Positions 9,255 to 18,299 of a DNA stretch of 64,000 nt are shown in pieces. The position numbers were made by a program, and so were the translations under genes. The DNA comes from an uncultured Desulfarculus sp. (GTDB lineage: Bacteria > Desulfobacterota > Desulfarculia > Desulfarculales > Desulfarculaceae): the NCBI GenBank assembly GCA_963665125.2, contig CAXXUK010000001.1:1760001-1824000 (forward strand). The letters are read 5' to 3'. Within the stretch, counting starts at the first letter, position 1; every line of letters starts with the position of its first letter. The notes beneath the pieces were generated by a model, which did not search any database, was not told the DNA's origin, and saw only the letters and a list, made by a program, of their open reading frames with translations.

Positions 9255-10928
9255 TTAATACTGCCGTTTACCAGCAACCGCCTGGGCTATGTTGTAGGCG
9301 TAGTCGCCGATTTTTTCAAAGTTGGTGAGCATGTCCACGAACAACAGGCCCGGATCAATGGTGCACACGCCGGAACGGAGCCTGCCCAGGTAGTCGTCGC
9401 GCATGCGCTCGCGCATGAAGTCGATCTTATCTTCCATGGTCTGGGCCTGCTCCATGATGCTCTTGTCGCGCTCAGCGATGCCCCGGATGACCAGTTCCAG
9501 GAAATTGGCCACGGTGTTGCGGATGTCCTGATAATCACGTTTGCCCTGATCGGCCAGGTGGAGGTTGTTTTCAATCATTTCCTCCACCAGCTCGGCCAGG
9601 TTTTCGGTGGCGTCGCCGGTGCGTTCGATGTTGTTGACCATGCGCATCAGCGAGGCTATCTCCATGCTCTCGGACTCCGTGATATTACCCTGGCTTACCG
9701 TCACCAAAAACTCGGTGATTTGGCGCTGCAAGCGGTCCAGGGCCTCCTCCCGCTGCCTCCAGCGGGATAAAAGCTCGAGCTTGCGGTTGAACATGACCTC
9801 GGTCACGTCGCGGTACATTTCCTGGGCAATGGTGCCCATACGCACGGTCTCCTCGCGGGCCTGGGCCAAGGCCACGCTGGGGTTGTCAATATAACGCTCA
9901 TCCAGATGCTTGGTGCGCCCCAGGTCGACAAGATCGTCCTCTTTTTCCTTGCCGCCGGTAAGGCGTACTGCCAATTTGATCAATATCGGCAATATGATAA
10001 GGAAAAACGTGGCGTTCAACACGTTGAACAGCGTATGGCTGTTGGCAATGAATCGGGCGATGTTGCTGTCGTCGACCTGGCCGATACCCATTAAAACACC
10101 GGTTATCCATTTGACCAGATCCACGAATGGATAGAACACGAGCAGAACAATACACACGCCGAAGAAATTGAACAGGGTATGAGCCCGGGCTGCCCGCCTG
10201 GCCGTCAATGTACCTCCGATTGACGCCAACTCCGCGGTGATGGTGGTGCCGATGTTCTCACCCAGGATCAAGGCCACGGCGCCTGGCAGATTCAGCAACC
10301 CCTGGCTGGCCAGGGCCATGGTGATGCCCACGGTGGCTGAACTGGACTGGACTACCATGGTAAGGACAGCGCCCGTCACCACACAAAGGAGCACTCCAAA
10401 CATGTTCGATGCGTCATACATCAGGAAGAACGATTCAAAATCGGGGTGAGCTCGAAGCGGCTTGAAGCCGTTTTTCATCATCTCCATGCCGAAGAACAGC
10501 ATACCGAAGCCCAAGATGACCTCGCCGATGTCCCGGGTGCGGCGGCGTTTGGCGAAAAACTTGATGGCCACGCCGATAAAGATGGCCACCGGGGCAAGAG
10601 AACTCAGCTTGAAGGCGATGATCTGGGCGGTGATGGTGGTTCCGACGTTGGCGCCCAGGATAACACCCACGGCTTGGGTCAGGCTCAACAGTCCGGCATT
10701 CACAAAGCCGACAACGGTAACACTGGTCAAAGAAGATGACTGCACCACTGCGGTGACCAAGGCTCCCGTGGCGGCACCCACCCATTTGTTTGTGGATACC
10801 ATTTCCAAGAATGAGCGCAGCCTGTCGCCTGCAACCCTTTGCAGAGCCTCGGACATCAGTTTCATGCCGAAAAGGAACAGGCCAAGCCCACCCATTGCCT
10901 GGAACGCTACTTTATATACTAGGTCCAA
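9255..10928 (-). CDS. Na+/phosphate cotransporter (PNaS family) with PhoU-like C-terminal domains
   Basis: Two QSSS repeats, GANVGTT and GENIGTT; C-terminal NIERTGD and NFEKIGD PhoU-like helices. Confidence 0.92.
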   Translation of the reverse strand: MDLVYKVAFQAMGGLGLFLFGMKLMSEALQRVAGDRLRSFLEMVSTNKWVGAATGALVTAVVQSSSLTSVTVVGFVNAGLLSLTQAVGVILGANVGTTITAQIIAFKLSSLAPVAIFIGVAIKFFAKRRRTRDIGEVILGFGMLFFGMEMMKNGFKPLRAHPDFESFFLMYDASNMFGVLLCVVTGAVLTMVVQSSSATVGITMALASQGLLNLPGAVALILGENIGTTITAELASIGGTLTARRAARAHTLFNFFGVCIVLLVFYPFVDLVKWITGVLMGIGQVDDSNIARFIANSHTLFNVLNATFFLIILPILIKLAVRLTGGKEKEDDLVDLGRTKHLDERYIDNPSVALAQAREETVRMGTIAQEMYRDVTEVMFNRKLELLSRWRQREEALDRLQRQITEFLVTVSQGNITESESMEIASLMRMVNNIERTGDATENLAELVEEMIENNLHLADQGKRDYQDIRNTVANFLELVIRGIAERDKSIMEQAQTMEDKIDFMRERMRDDYLGRLRSGVCTIDPGLLFVDMLTNFEKIGDYAYNIAQAVAGKRQY

Positions 10929-11217
10929 GAGACAGCACCTCGTTATTTTCAGTCGGTTGTTCTACCCAATTCAGACGTGTGCATTGGCATTTGGGCCTGT
11001 GTTATCGCGAGCCGGTCGATTCGTCAACCAATTTGTAACCTCATTGTAACTCAGAACCAACCAACTCTCGTCGGCTAATGTCCCTCCCAACTTGAGAAAA
11101 AATTGCAGCCCTTGCCGGAAAAACTTTATGTCCTTGCCTACCATTTATTGCCGGTCAGCTTCATATGCCAGTTGTTATCTATCTGATTATATTATCTAAT
11201 TCATCTAACAACCACAG

Positions 11218-11233
11218 TGGCATGGCGCTTGCA
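11218..11233 (+). promoter_or_regulatory. sigma54 (-24/-12) promoter for fliK-flgD-flgE
   Basis: TGGCATGGCGCTTGCA (GG-N10-GC) with an AT-rich stretch upstream. Confidence 0.8.
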
Positions 11234-11289
11234 GATAACTGGAACAGAAAAATTCGCACCATGCAGCACCCCGCTTCTGGAGGCTTTAC

Positions 11290-13131
11290 TTGGAAGCTTT
11301 GGATTTAATATCGGGAATCAGCAGTAGCAACGCGGCGGCCATCACCCTCGGCGGCAAAACCAAGGGTACGGGTTCGGGCTTCGACGCCCTGTTGGCCGCG
11401 TTGACAAACCAAAGCCAGCAGACCTTGTCTCAAACGGCGGCCAACACCTCCGAAACAGGCAAGGCATCGGCTTCAGATTCAACGCAAAGCATTCAAATCA
11501 ACTCTCCGGCCGATACCCCGGTGGCCCGGTTGGAGACGGCCCTGCGCCAAAGCGGCCAGCCCCTGGAAAAGATAACCGTCCCGCCCGAGGCCAGGGAAAA
11601 AATGGTCGAGGTCCTGGAAAACAGCGGCTACAGCACCGAAGACGCCCAGGAGATCCTGCGCCGGGCCACCGATGATGAAGGAAACATCAATCTCGGGGCC
11701 ATGTTCGAGCTGCTGCCGCGGTACACGGCGGACCAGGGCCCTGTTCTGGTCCTTGACCAGGATGCCAAGATCCAGCTCATGCAGGCCCTGAATGACCTCG
11801 GAGTTCCGGCCGGGGAAATCAGGCGTTTTTTTGAAAGCGCCGAGCACATAGGCCAAAAGATCGAACTCAAGGGCATCACGGACCTGTTGGCCATGGCCGA
11901 CCCAAATCGCAGTGAAGTCGACCGGTCCGTACTGGAAGACCTGTTGGGCAAATTGGGGCTAAACGCGCAAGAGGTCGAGAACCTCCTTGACTCCAAGGTC
12001 GACAGCCAGGGCCGGATCAGCCCCAGCGACATGCTCAGCCTGCTGGAGACGGCCGCGGAAAAGAACGATACCAAAATCGCCACCGCCCTCAAGACCCTGG
12101 CCAACCAAATTGAAGTGCAGGGCGACGACACCAAGGAAATAGTGCGCCAGCTGCGCACCATGGTCAGTCAGGCCCTGGAACAAGCTCCCAAAAAGAGCGC
12201 CGAGACCCAGCAAACGCTTCAGCAAACCGCCCAGCCGCAAACTTTGCAGACTGAAAGCGCCCAGACCGAGGGCACCCAGTCCGCGGCGGCCACCAACGAG
12301 CAGTCCTCGGGAAGTGCAACCCAAAGCGCGACCCAAAGCTCGGCAACCGCGGCCGGAGAAGCATTGGCGGCCGAGACCCAAACCGATACGGCCAAAAGCG
12401 CGGCCGACATACTCGGCAAATTGGGCCAGGAGACGGTCGCCTCCGCACGGCAAAATGCGACCACCTCCGAAACCGGGTCCCAGACCGGGTTCCAGGGCGG
12501 CAAGTCCGGCGACCAGACCCTGAATCAGGGGTTGGCCCAGCAGGCGGCGGTCAATGCCAAAGCCGCCACGTCAACAGCCACCCAGGATTCCGGCTCATCC
12601 AAGTTCAACGACGCCTTGACCGCAGCCCAGAACTCCGCTGCGCGCGGCGCGGCGGGTCAAGGATCGAGCACGGTGAACAGGGGCATCCCGGCCTATGTCA
12701 CCCGGCAGGTCAGCCAGCAGATGGCCAGCATGGTCCGCTCCGGGGCGCCGAGCTTGACCCTGAACCTGAAACCCGCCCATCTTGGCTCACTTAACATGGA
12801 AGTGACCATGAAGGACGGCAATCTCCAGGCCACATTGACCGCCGACAATGCCGCTGCCAAGCAAACCCTTGAAGCCGGCCTGGACCTTCTGCGCGAGCAG
12901 CTCATGCAGCAGGGCATAAAAGTCGACCGGATCGAAGTGGCGGTCAACGCCGACGCCAACCCGCAACAGCAGCAGACGGCCCAGACAAGCGGGCAAAGCG
13001 GCAACGGACGTAGCGGCAACAGCGGCTCCGGCGAGTCGGGCGCCGAAGATGGACAGGTCGCCGCAAGCCAGACCGAAGAGCAGTCCACAACGCAGACAAC
13101 GGCTAGAAGCCGAATCAGCATTATCGCCTAG
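11290..13131 (+). CDS. fliK: Flagellar hook-length control protein FliK
   Basis: Low-complexity S/T/Q/A region, C-terminal LNLKPAHLGSLNMEV...LREQLMQQGIKVDRIEV domain; directly upstream of flgD; TTG start after GGAGG. Confidence 0.88.
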   Translation: MEALDLISGISSSNAAAITLGGKTKGTGSGFDALLAALTNQSQQTLSQTAANTSETGKASASDSTQSIQINSPADTPVARLETALRQSGQPLEKITVPPEAREKMVEVLENSGYSTEDAQEILRRATDDEGNINLGAMFELLPRYTADQGPVLVLDQDAKIQLMQALNDLGVPAGEIRRFFESAEHIGQKIELKGITDLLAMADPNRSEVDRSVLEDLLGKLGLNAQEVENLLDSKVDSQGRISPSDMLSLLETAAEKNDTKIATALKTLANQIEVQGDDTKEIVRQLRTMVSQALEQAPKKSAETQQTLQQTAQPQTLQTESAQTEGTQSAAATNEQSSGSATQSATQSSATAAGEALAAETQTDTAKSAADILGKLGQETVASARQNATTSETGSQTGFQGGKSGDQTLNQGLAQQAAVNAKAATSTATQDSGSSKFNDALTAAQNSAARGAAGQGSSTVNRGIPAYVTRQVSQQMASMVRSGAPSLTLNLKPAHLGSLNMEVTMKDGNLQATLTADNAAAKQTLEAGLDLLREQLMQQGIKVDRIEVAVNADANPQQQQTAQTSGQSGNGRSGNSGSGESGAEDGQVAASQTEEQSTTQTTARSRISIIA

Positions 13132-13140
13132 GGGTGTGAA

Positions 13141-13986
13141 ATGTCATCAATAATACCGTCCACATACACCGGTTCAGTCTACGACGACAGCACCACAAAG
13201 GCCACCTATTCGTCCGCTGAAGACACCACGCTCGGCCAGGATGCCTTTCTTAAAATGTTCATGGCCCAGGTGACCAACCAGGACCCCATGAACCCCATGG
13301 ACAACACCGAGTTCACGGCGCAACTGGCGACCTTCAGCCAGTTGGAACAGTTGCAACAGATCAATGACAGTATGGCCAACATGGACGACCTGGTCACCGC
13401 AACCAAGCGCAACACGGCCATAGGCTACCTGGGCAACGATGTCACCGCCCAGGGCAACCTGATACCCGTTGTCAACGGCGAGGCCGGCAAATACACCTTC
13501 AAGCTGGCCAACTCGGCCAATGTGGAAGCCGTGATCACAGACTCCTCGGGCAAGGTGGTGGCAAACATCGGCCTGGGAGCCCTGTCGGCGGGCAACAATT
13601 CCTTTACCTGGGATTGCACTGACAACACCGGAAACACCGTCGACGACGGCGCCTACACCATAAGCATCACCGCGGCGACGTCGGATGGGACCGAGGTCGA
13701 AATCCTCGACCAGACAGTCACCGCCAGGGTGACCGGCATCACCACCGACGAAGACGGAGTCACCTACCTGTTGATGGGCGAAGCCGCCCTGGCCGCTGAC
13801 AAGGCCATAGCCGTCAACGTGCCGGCATCGGGCACCACCAGCGACGATGACAACACGACCCTTGAAGACAGTCTAGAGGAACTGGAAGACCTGACCGCAA
13901 AGGCCGAGTCGGGCGAAGAGACAACCATGAGCGATGTACTACAGGCACTGGGAGCCATCGGCAGCATTGCCGCCCTGTTGCTTTAA
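13141..13986 (+). CDS. flgD: Flagellar hook capping protein FlgD with C-terminal extension
   Basis: LGQDAFLKMFMAQVTNQDPMNPMDNTEFTAQLATFSQLEQ signature. Confidence 0.95.
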   Translation: MSSIIPSTYTGSVYDDSTTKATYSSAEDTTLGQDAFLKMFMAQVTNQDPMNPMDNTEFTAQLATFSQLEQLQQINDSMANMDDLVTATKRNTAIGYLGNDVTAQGNLIPVVNGEAGKYTFKLANSANVEAVITDSSGKVVANIGLGALSAGNNSFTWDCTDNTGNTVDDGAYTISITAATSDGTEVEILDQTVTARVTGITTDEDGVTYLLMGEAALAADKAIAVNVPASGTTSDDDNTTLEDSLEELEDLTAKAESGEETTMSDVLQALGAIGSIAALLL

Positions 13987-14047
13987 AAAAGTTTATTAGT
14001 GGGCCGGGTGAGGCGCCCGGGCCATTCAAGTGAAAGGAGCCGTCTAG

Positions 14048-16417
14048 ATGGGTATGCTAAGCGCAATGTGGGCCGGAGTGGCCGGCCTGAACGTCCACGG
14101 ACAGGCGCTGAGCGCTGTCTCGGACAACATAGCAAACGTCAACACCCATGGCTTCAAGGGCTCACGGATCAACTTCGGAGACGTGATGACCCACTCTCTT
14201 ACCGTGGGCGGCACGGTGGTAAATCAGGTGGGCACGGGCGCCGACGTCCTGAGCGTGCAAAACCTGTTGACCCAGGGATCTTTCGAATCAACCGACATCC
14301 CAACCGACCTGGCCATCAACGGCGCGGGATTCTTCGAGGTTCACCAGGCCGATTCCAACACCAGCTACTATACCCGCGCGGGTCAGTTCCTGCTGGACAA
14401 GGAAGGTTACATGGTCAACCCCCAGGGCTACCGCTTGCAGGGTTACAACGTTGACTCCAACGGCGAAATCCTGGAGATCCCCACCGACCTTAGGTTGTTG
14501 AAGCTGCAAACCGATGCCGTTTCCACGACCCAGGTGGACATCTCCATGAACCTCAACGCCGAAGATGAGGACAAGCTGCACCCGTCCAAGCTCATCGACC
14601 CCGACGATCAGAGCACATGGAACTACCTCAACACGGTGCGCACCTACGACAGCTTGGGCATCGGCCACAACATGTCCATGTTCTATCAGCAGCTCACCGA
14701 CTACAACGGCACCAAGGCGCCGGATGCCAGCACTTACTGGAAAGTCAGCGTCTTTGAAAACGAGGACGGCACCTACACGCCCAATGCCAGCCAGTATGCG
14801 ACCCAGGCCGAATATCTGACAGCCCTCAACGCCAACACCTATTATTTACAGTTCGACACGTCCGGACATCTGGTCGGCGTGTCCACCGGTGATACGGGCT
14901 ACGGCGATACGTATGTCTATGACGGCGAAGTGACCTCCAGCACCAGCGACGTGTCCTCGGCCTTTGGCGGATCGCTCACGTTCAACGGAGCGGGCAGCAA
15001 CGACCAGGGGATCATGACCACCGCCTCGCTCACCTTTGCCGGAGCCGACACCACGGCAACCAGCATCGAGGTGACCGTGGGTTCCGACGCCCCGTACGTC
15101 ATCACACCGGGCCAGACGGCGGCCGCTGCGGCGGCTGAATTGTGCGACCTGATAAACGGAGCCAGTCCGGCGGTCGACTACTACGCCGTTGACGAAGGCG
15201 GCGGCGTGGTCACCTTCTACGCCAAGGGCTCCGGCGGACCATATGACATTGAAGTGACCACCGACAGCACCGACCAGACCATGACCGTGGATGAGAACAC
15301 AACCCTGACCGAACTAGCCGGGCTGATCAACAGCGGCGCCCAGGCCACGGGCGTGATCAACATCGACACGGCGACCCTGGTGGCCGCCTCCGGCGACGGC
15401 GTGACCATCGACGGCGTCACCTTCAACTATGAAGCCGTTGCCGCGGGCACGGACTGGAACACGCTGGCCGATCTGGCCGCCGCCATCAACGCACAACAGG
15501 CCCTGGGCAACATAGACGTGACCGCCACAACCAGCGGCGACAATATCTATCTGACCTACAACGACGGTACGGACACCGTCGGCACCGACGGCAACGCCCA
15601 GACCCTGGTGGCCAATATCGTCACTCCCGGCGGCACCATCAACCTCAGCGACGCCACGCTGACCAACGGCTGGGACGGCACGGTGGCCGGGGCCAACGCC
15701 CACGACGTCACTGCCTCAGCCCTGGAAAACGACGACGGCACCTACTCGCTGCAGATCAGCCGCAATCAGACCGGCGCCGACTCCACCTACACCATTGACG
15801 TTGATTCATATCTCAGCACCAACACCGTGGGCACCCTGGCCGGCGTGAACTTCACCTCGGCCACCCAGACGGTGGTGGCCAGGGACGCGGTGTCCGGATC
15901 GCTGGATCTCGACGGCGACGTCACCCTGTCCTTCGACTATCCCCAGGCCGTACAGCCCCAGGAGATCATCTTCGACTACACTCCGGTCGACAGCGCCGCC
16001 ACCACCCAGAGCGCCGGAGCCCATGAAACGTTGTACCTGAGCCAGGACGGCTCCACCCGCGGCACCCTGCAAAGCCTGGACGTGGGCCAGGACGGCATCA
16101 TCACCGGCACCTTCTCCAACGGCCAGCTCAAGACCATGGGCCAGGTGATGCTGGTGAACTTCGCCAACTCGGAAGCCTTGGCCCGTGAGGGCGACAACCT
16201 CTGGCGCGAGACCGTCAACAGCGGCCCGGCCATAAACAACAAGCCCGAGGAAGGCGGCACGGGCTCCATCGAGTCTGGCGCCTTGGAACAGTCCAACGTG
16301 GACCTGGCCAACGAATTCGTGAAAATGATCCTGTACCAAAGGGCATTCCAGGCCAACAGCAAGTCCATCAGCACCACGGATGAAATGCTTCAGGAACTGA
16401 TAAACCTCAAGCGTTAG
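14048..16417 (+). CDS. flgE: Flagellar hook protein FlgE (789 aa, large central insertion)
   Basis: SDNIANVNTHGFK, DLAINGAGFF, YTRAGQF, LEQSNVDLANEF...QRAFQANSK. Confidence 0.95.
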   Translation: MGMLSAMWAGVAGLNVHGQALSAVSDNIANVNTHGFKGSRINFGDVMTHSLTVGGTVVNQVGTGADVLSVQNLLTQGSFESTDIPTDLAINGAGFFEVHQADSNTSYYTRAGQFLLDKEGYMVNPQGYRLQGYNVDSNGEILEIPTDLRLLKLQTDAVSTTQVDISMNLNAEDEDKLHPSKLIDPDDQSTWNYLNTVRTYDSLGIGHNMSMFYQQLTDYNGTKAPDASTYWKVSVFENEDGTYTPNASQYATQAEYLTALNANTYYLQFDTSGHLVGVSTGDTGYGDTYVYDGEVTSSTSDVSSAFGGSLTFNGAGSNDQGIMTTASLTFAGADTTATSIEVTVGSDAPYVITPGQTAAAAAAELCDLINGASPAVDYYAVDEGGGVVTFYAKGSGGPYDIEVTTDSTDQTMTVDENTTLTELAGLINSGAQATGVINIDTATLVAASGDGVTIDGVTFNYEAVAAGTDWNTLADLAAAINAQQALGNIDVTATTSGDNIYLTYNDGTDTVGTDGNAQTLVANIVTPGGTINLSDATLTNGWDGTVAGANAHDVTASALENDDGTYSLQISRNQTGADSTYTIDVDSYLSTNTVGTLAGVNFTSATQTVVARDAVSGSLDLDGDVTLSFDYPQAVQPQEIIFDYTPVDSAATTQSAGAHETLYLSQDGSTRGTLQSLDVGQDGIITGTFSNGQLKTMGQVMLVNFANSEALAREGDNLWRETVNSGPAINNKPEEGGTGSIESGALEQSNVDLANEFVKMILYQRAFQANSKSISTTDEMLQELINLKR

Positions 16418-16429
16418 TGAAAAACCCGC

Positions 16430-16456
16430 CGCGCCCCGGCCCATAGCCGGGGCGCG
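16430..16456 (+). terminator. Hairpin after flgE
   Basis: CGCGCCCCGGC-ccata-GCCGGGGCGCG, 11-bp stem, no U-tract. Confidence 0.5.
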
Positions 16457-16667
16457 TACAGGCCCGCCGACGGTTTCTCTCCGCAATCGCCGCCGGCGGC
16501 CAATTTCCAATCAGCTCCCGGTGTTAGCCGCCGGGGGCGTCATTTTGTTGACCGTGCGGACTCTTTGACGCCCGTCAATGCGGCCAATCATCTGCAACAA
16601 TCCACAAAGTGTTGCCTAACCTAACGATTTTTTGGTAAAAATAAGACGTAACAGTCTCATTAGACGG

Positions 16668-16683
16668 TGGCATTTTTTTTGCA
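16668..16683 (+). promoter_or_regulatory. sigma54 promoter for the motA...flhA operon
   Basis: TGGCATTTTTTTTGCA (GG-N10-GC) about 35 nt before the motA start. Confidence 0.75.
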
Positions 16684-16719
16684 TACCATTGCCAGAGGCT
16701 TACTGCTGGGAGTTATTCC

Positions 16720-17484
16720 ATGGATCTGGCCACCATAATAGGCATAGTCAGCGCCTTTGCCCTCGTCTTCACCGCCATGACTTTGGGCGGCAGTATCGTC
16801 ATGTTTGTCGACCCTGCCAGCATCCTTATCGTCATCGGCGGCACCATCGGCGTCACCCTCATCAACTACCCCATGCGCGATGTGCTCAAACTCATCAGCA
16901 TCATCAAGCATACGTTCGTCTACAAAATCAGCCCCGTGGGCAAGGTCATCGCTCAATTCGTCGAATTCGCCACCAAAGCCCGCCGCGAGGGCATCCTGGC
17001 TTTGGAATCGGCCATGAAGGATATCGACGATCCGTTCCTGGCCAAAGGCCTGCAACTGACCATCGACGGTCTGGAACCGGGCTCCATCAAGGAAATCATG
17101 GAGACCGAAATCGACTACATCAGCGAACGGCACAGGCTCGGCGCGGAAATCTTCTTGACAATGGGCACCTTCGCCCCGGCCATGGGCATGATCGGCACCT
17201 TGATCGGCCTGGTGCAGATGCTGCAAAACATGAGCGACCCGTCGTCCATCGGCCCGGCCATGGCCGTGGCCATTCTCACTACATTCTATGGCGCGGTCAT
17301 GGCCAACATGATTTTTTTGCCCATGAGCGGCAAACTGAAAAACCGTTCATCCGAGGAAGTGATGATCAAGGAGATCACCCTAAACGGCATCCTGTCCATT
17401 GCCAGGGGCGACAACCCCAGGGTGATCGAACAAAAGCTGCACAGCTTCATACCGCCGGCCATGCGCCAGTCGGTGTTCAAGTAG
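16720..17484 (+). CDS. motA: Flagellar stator A subunit (MotA/PomA)
   Basis: ARREGILALE, APAMGMIGTLIGLV, GPAMAVAILTTFYG. Confidence 0.95.
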   Translation: MDLATIIGIVSAFALVFTAMTLGGSIVMFVDPASILIVIGGTIGVTLINYPMRDVLKLISIIKHTFVYKISPVGKVIAQFVEFATKARREGILALESAMKDIDDPFLAKGLQLTIDGLEPGSIKEIMETEIDYISERHRLGAEIFLTMGTFAPAMGMIGTLIGLVQMLQNMSDPSSIGPAMAVAILTTFYGAVMANMIFLPMSGKLKNRSSEEVMIKEITLNGILSIARGDNPRVIEQKLHSFIPPAMRQSVFK

Positions 17485-17502
17485 GCAGCGGGGTAAAACG
17501 CC

Positions 17503-18297
17503 ATGTCAGGCAGAAAAAAAAGGGAAGAGTCGGCGCCGCCGGGAATCGTGGTGCTCTACACGTCCCTGATGATCCTGATGTTGGCGTTTTTCATTATGCT
17601 CAATTCGCTGGGAGAAACAGAGGAGTCAAAGGTGCAGGAGGCCTACAAGTCGCTGATGCAGACCTTCGGCTTTCAGGAAGGCGGAATAACCCCCTTCCGC
17701 ACCGAGGCCATGGGCGGTTCGCCGGCGGCGTTCCAGCCCATGAACCCCGTGGATGAGGACTACCAAGTCATGCGCGGACTGATTTTCGAAAACCGTTTGG
17801 ACAACAATGTCCGCATGCTGCGCTCCAAGGGCATGCGCACGGTGGTTATCAGCGGCGACATGCTTTTCAAGCAGGGCTCCACCGAAATAAACCCGAACAT
17901 GACTCCGTTTTTGGACGAACTGGCCGCGGTAATCAAAGGTCGCACATATCCAATCAGTATCTACGGCCACACCGACGATGAACCATGGCATGGCCCCAAT
18001 GGTCAGGACAATTGGACCCTCAGCGCCGCCCGGGCCGTCAACGTGCTTTCATACCTGGTCAAACAGGGAATCAGCCCCAAACGTTTGGCCGCGTTCGGCA
18101 TGGCCGGCTACGATCCCATCGAACCAAACACCACAAAGCAAGGCCGCCGCCTGAACAACCGGGTTTCGCTGGTGTTCAACGCCAAAGACGCCAGCCAGCA
18201 CATGCTCACCGGGAGTGAGCCGGAACGCAAACTGGATTTCCGAGGCTTTGAGTTCGACCTGATGAAACAGCCTAGCGAACAGCCGGAACAGGAGTAG
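17503..18297 (+). CDS. motB: MotB-like stator subunit 1 lacking the conserved TM Asp
   Basis: Single N-terminal TM (IVVLYTSLMILMLAFF) and OmpA-like PG-binding domain (GHTD...NWTLSAARA...NNRV). Confidence 0.8.
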   Translation: MSGRKKREESAPPGIVVLYTSLMILMLAFFIMLNSLGETEESKVQEAYKSLMQTFGFQEGGITPFRTEAMGGSPAAFQPMNPVDEDYQVMRGLIFENRLDNNVRMLRSKGMRTVVISGDMLFKQGSTEINPNMTPFLDELAAVIKGRTYPISIYGHTDDEPWHGPNGQDNWTLSAARAVNVLSYLVKQGISPKRLAAFGMAGYDPIEPNTTKQGRRLNNRVSLVFNAKDASQHMLTGSEPERKLDFRGFEFDLMKQPSEQPEQE

Positions 18298-18299
18298 CA

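Noticed and set aside
17503..18297. motB1 as a pseudogene
   Set aside because: The frame is intact, the OmpA-like motifs are conserved and spacing in the operon is tight. Loss of the Asp alone does not show decay, so it is kept as a finding.
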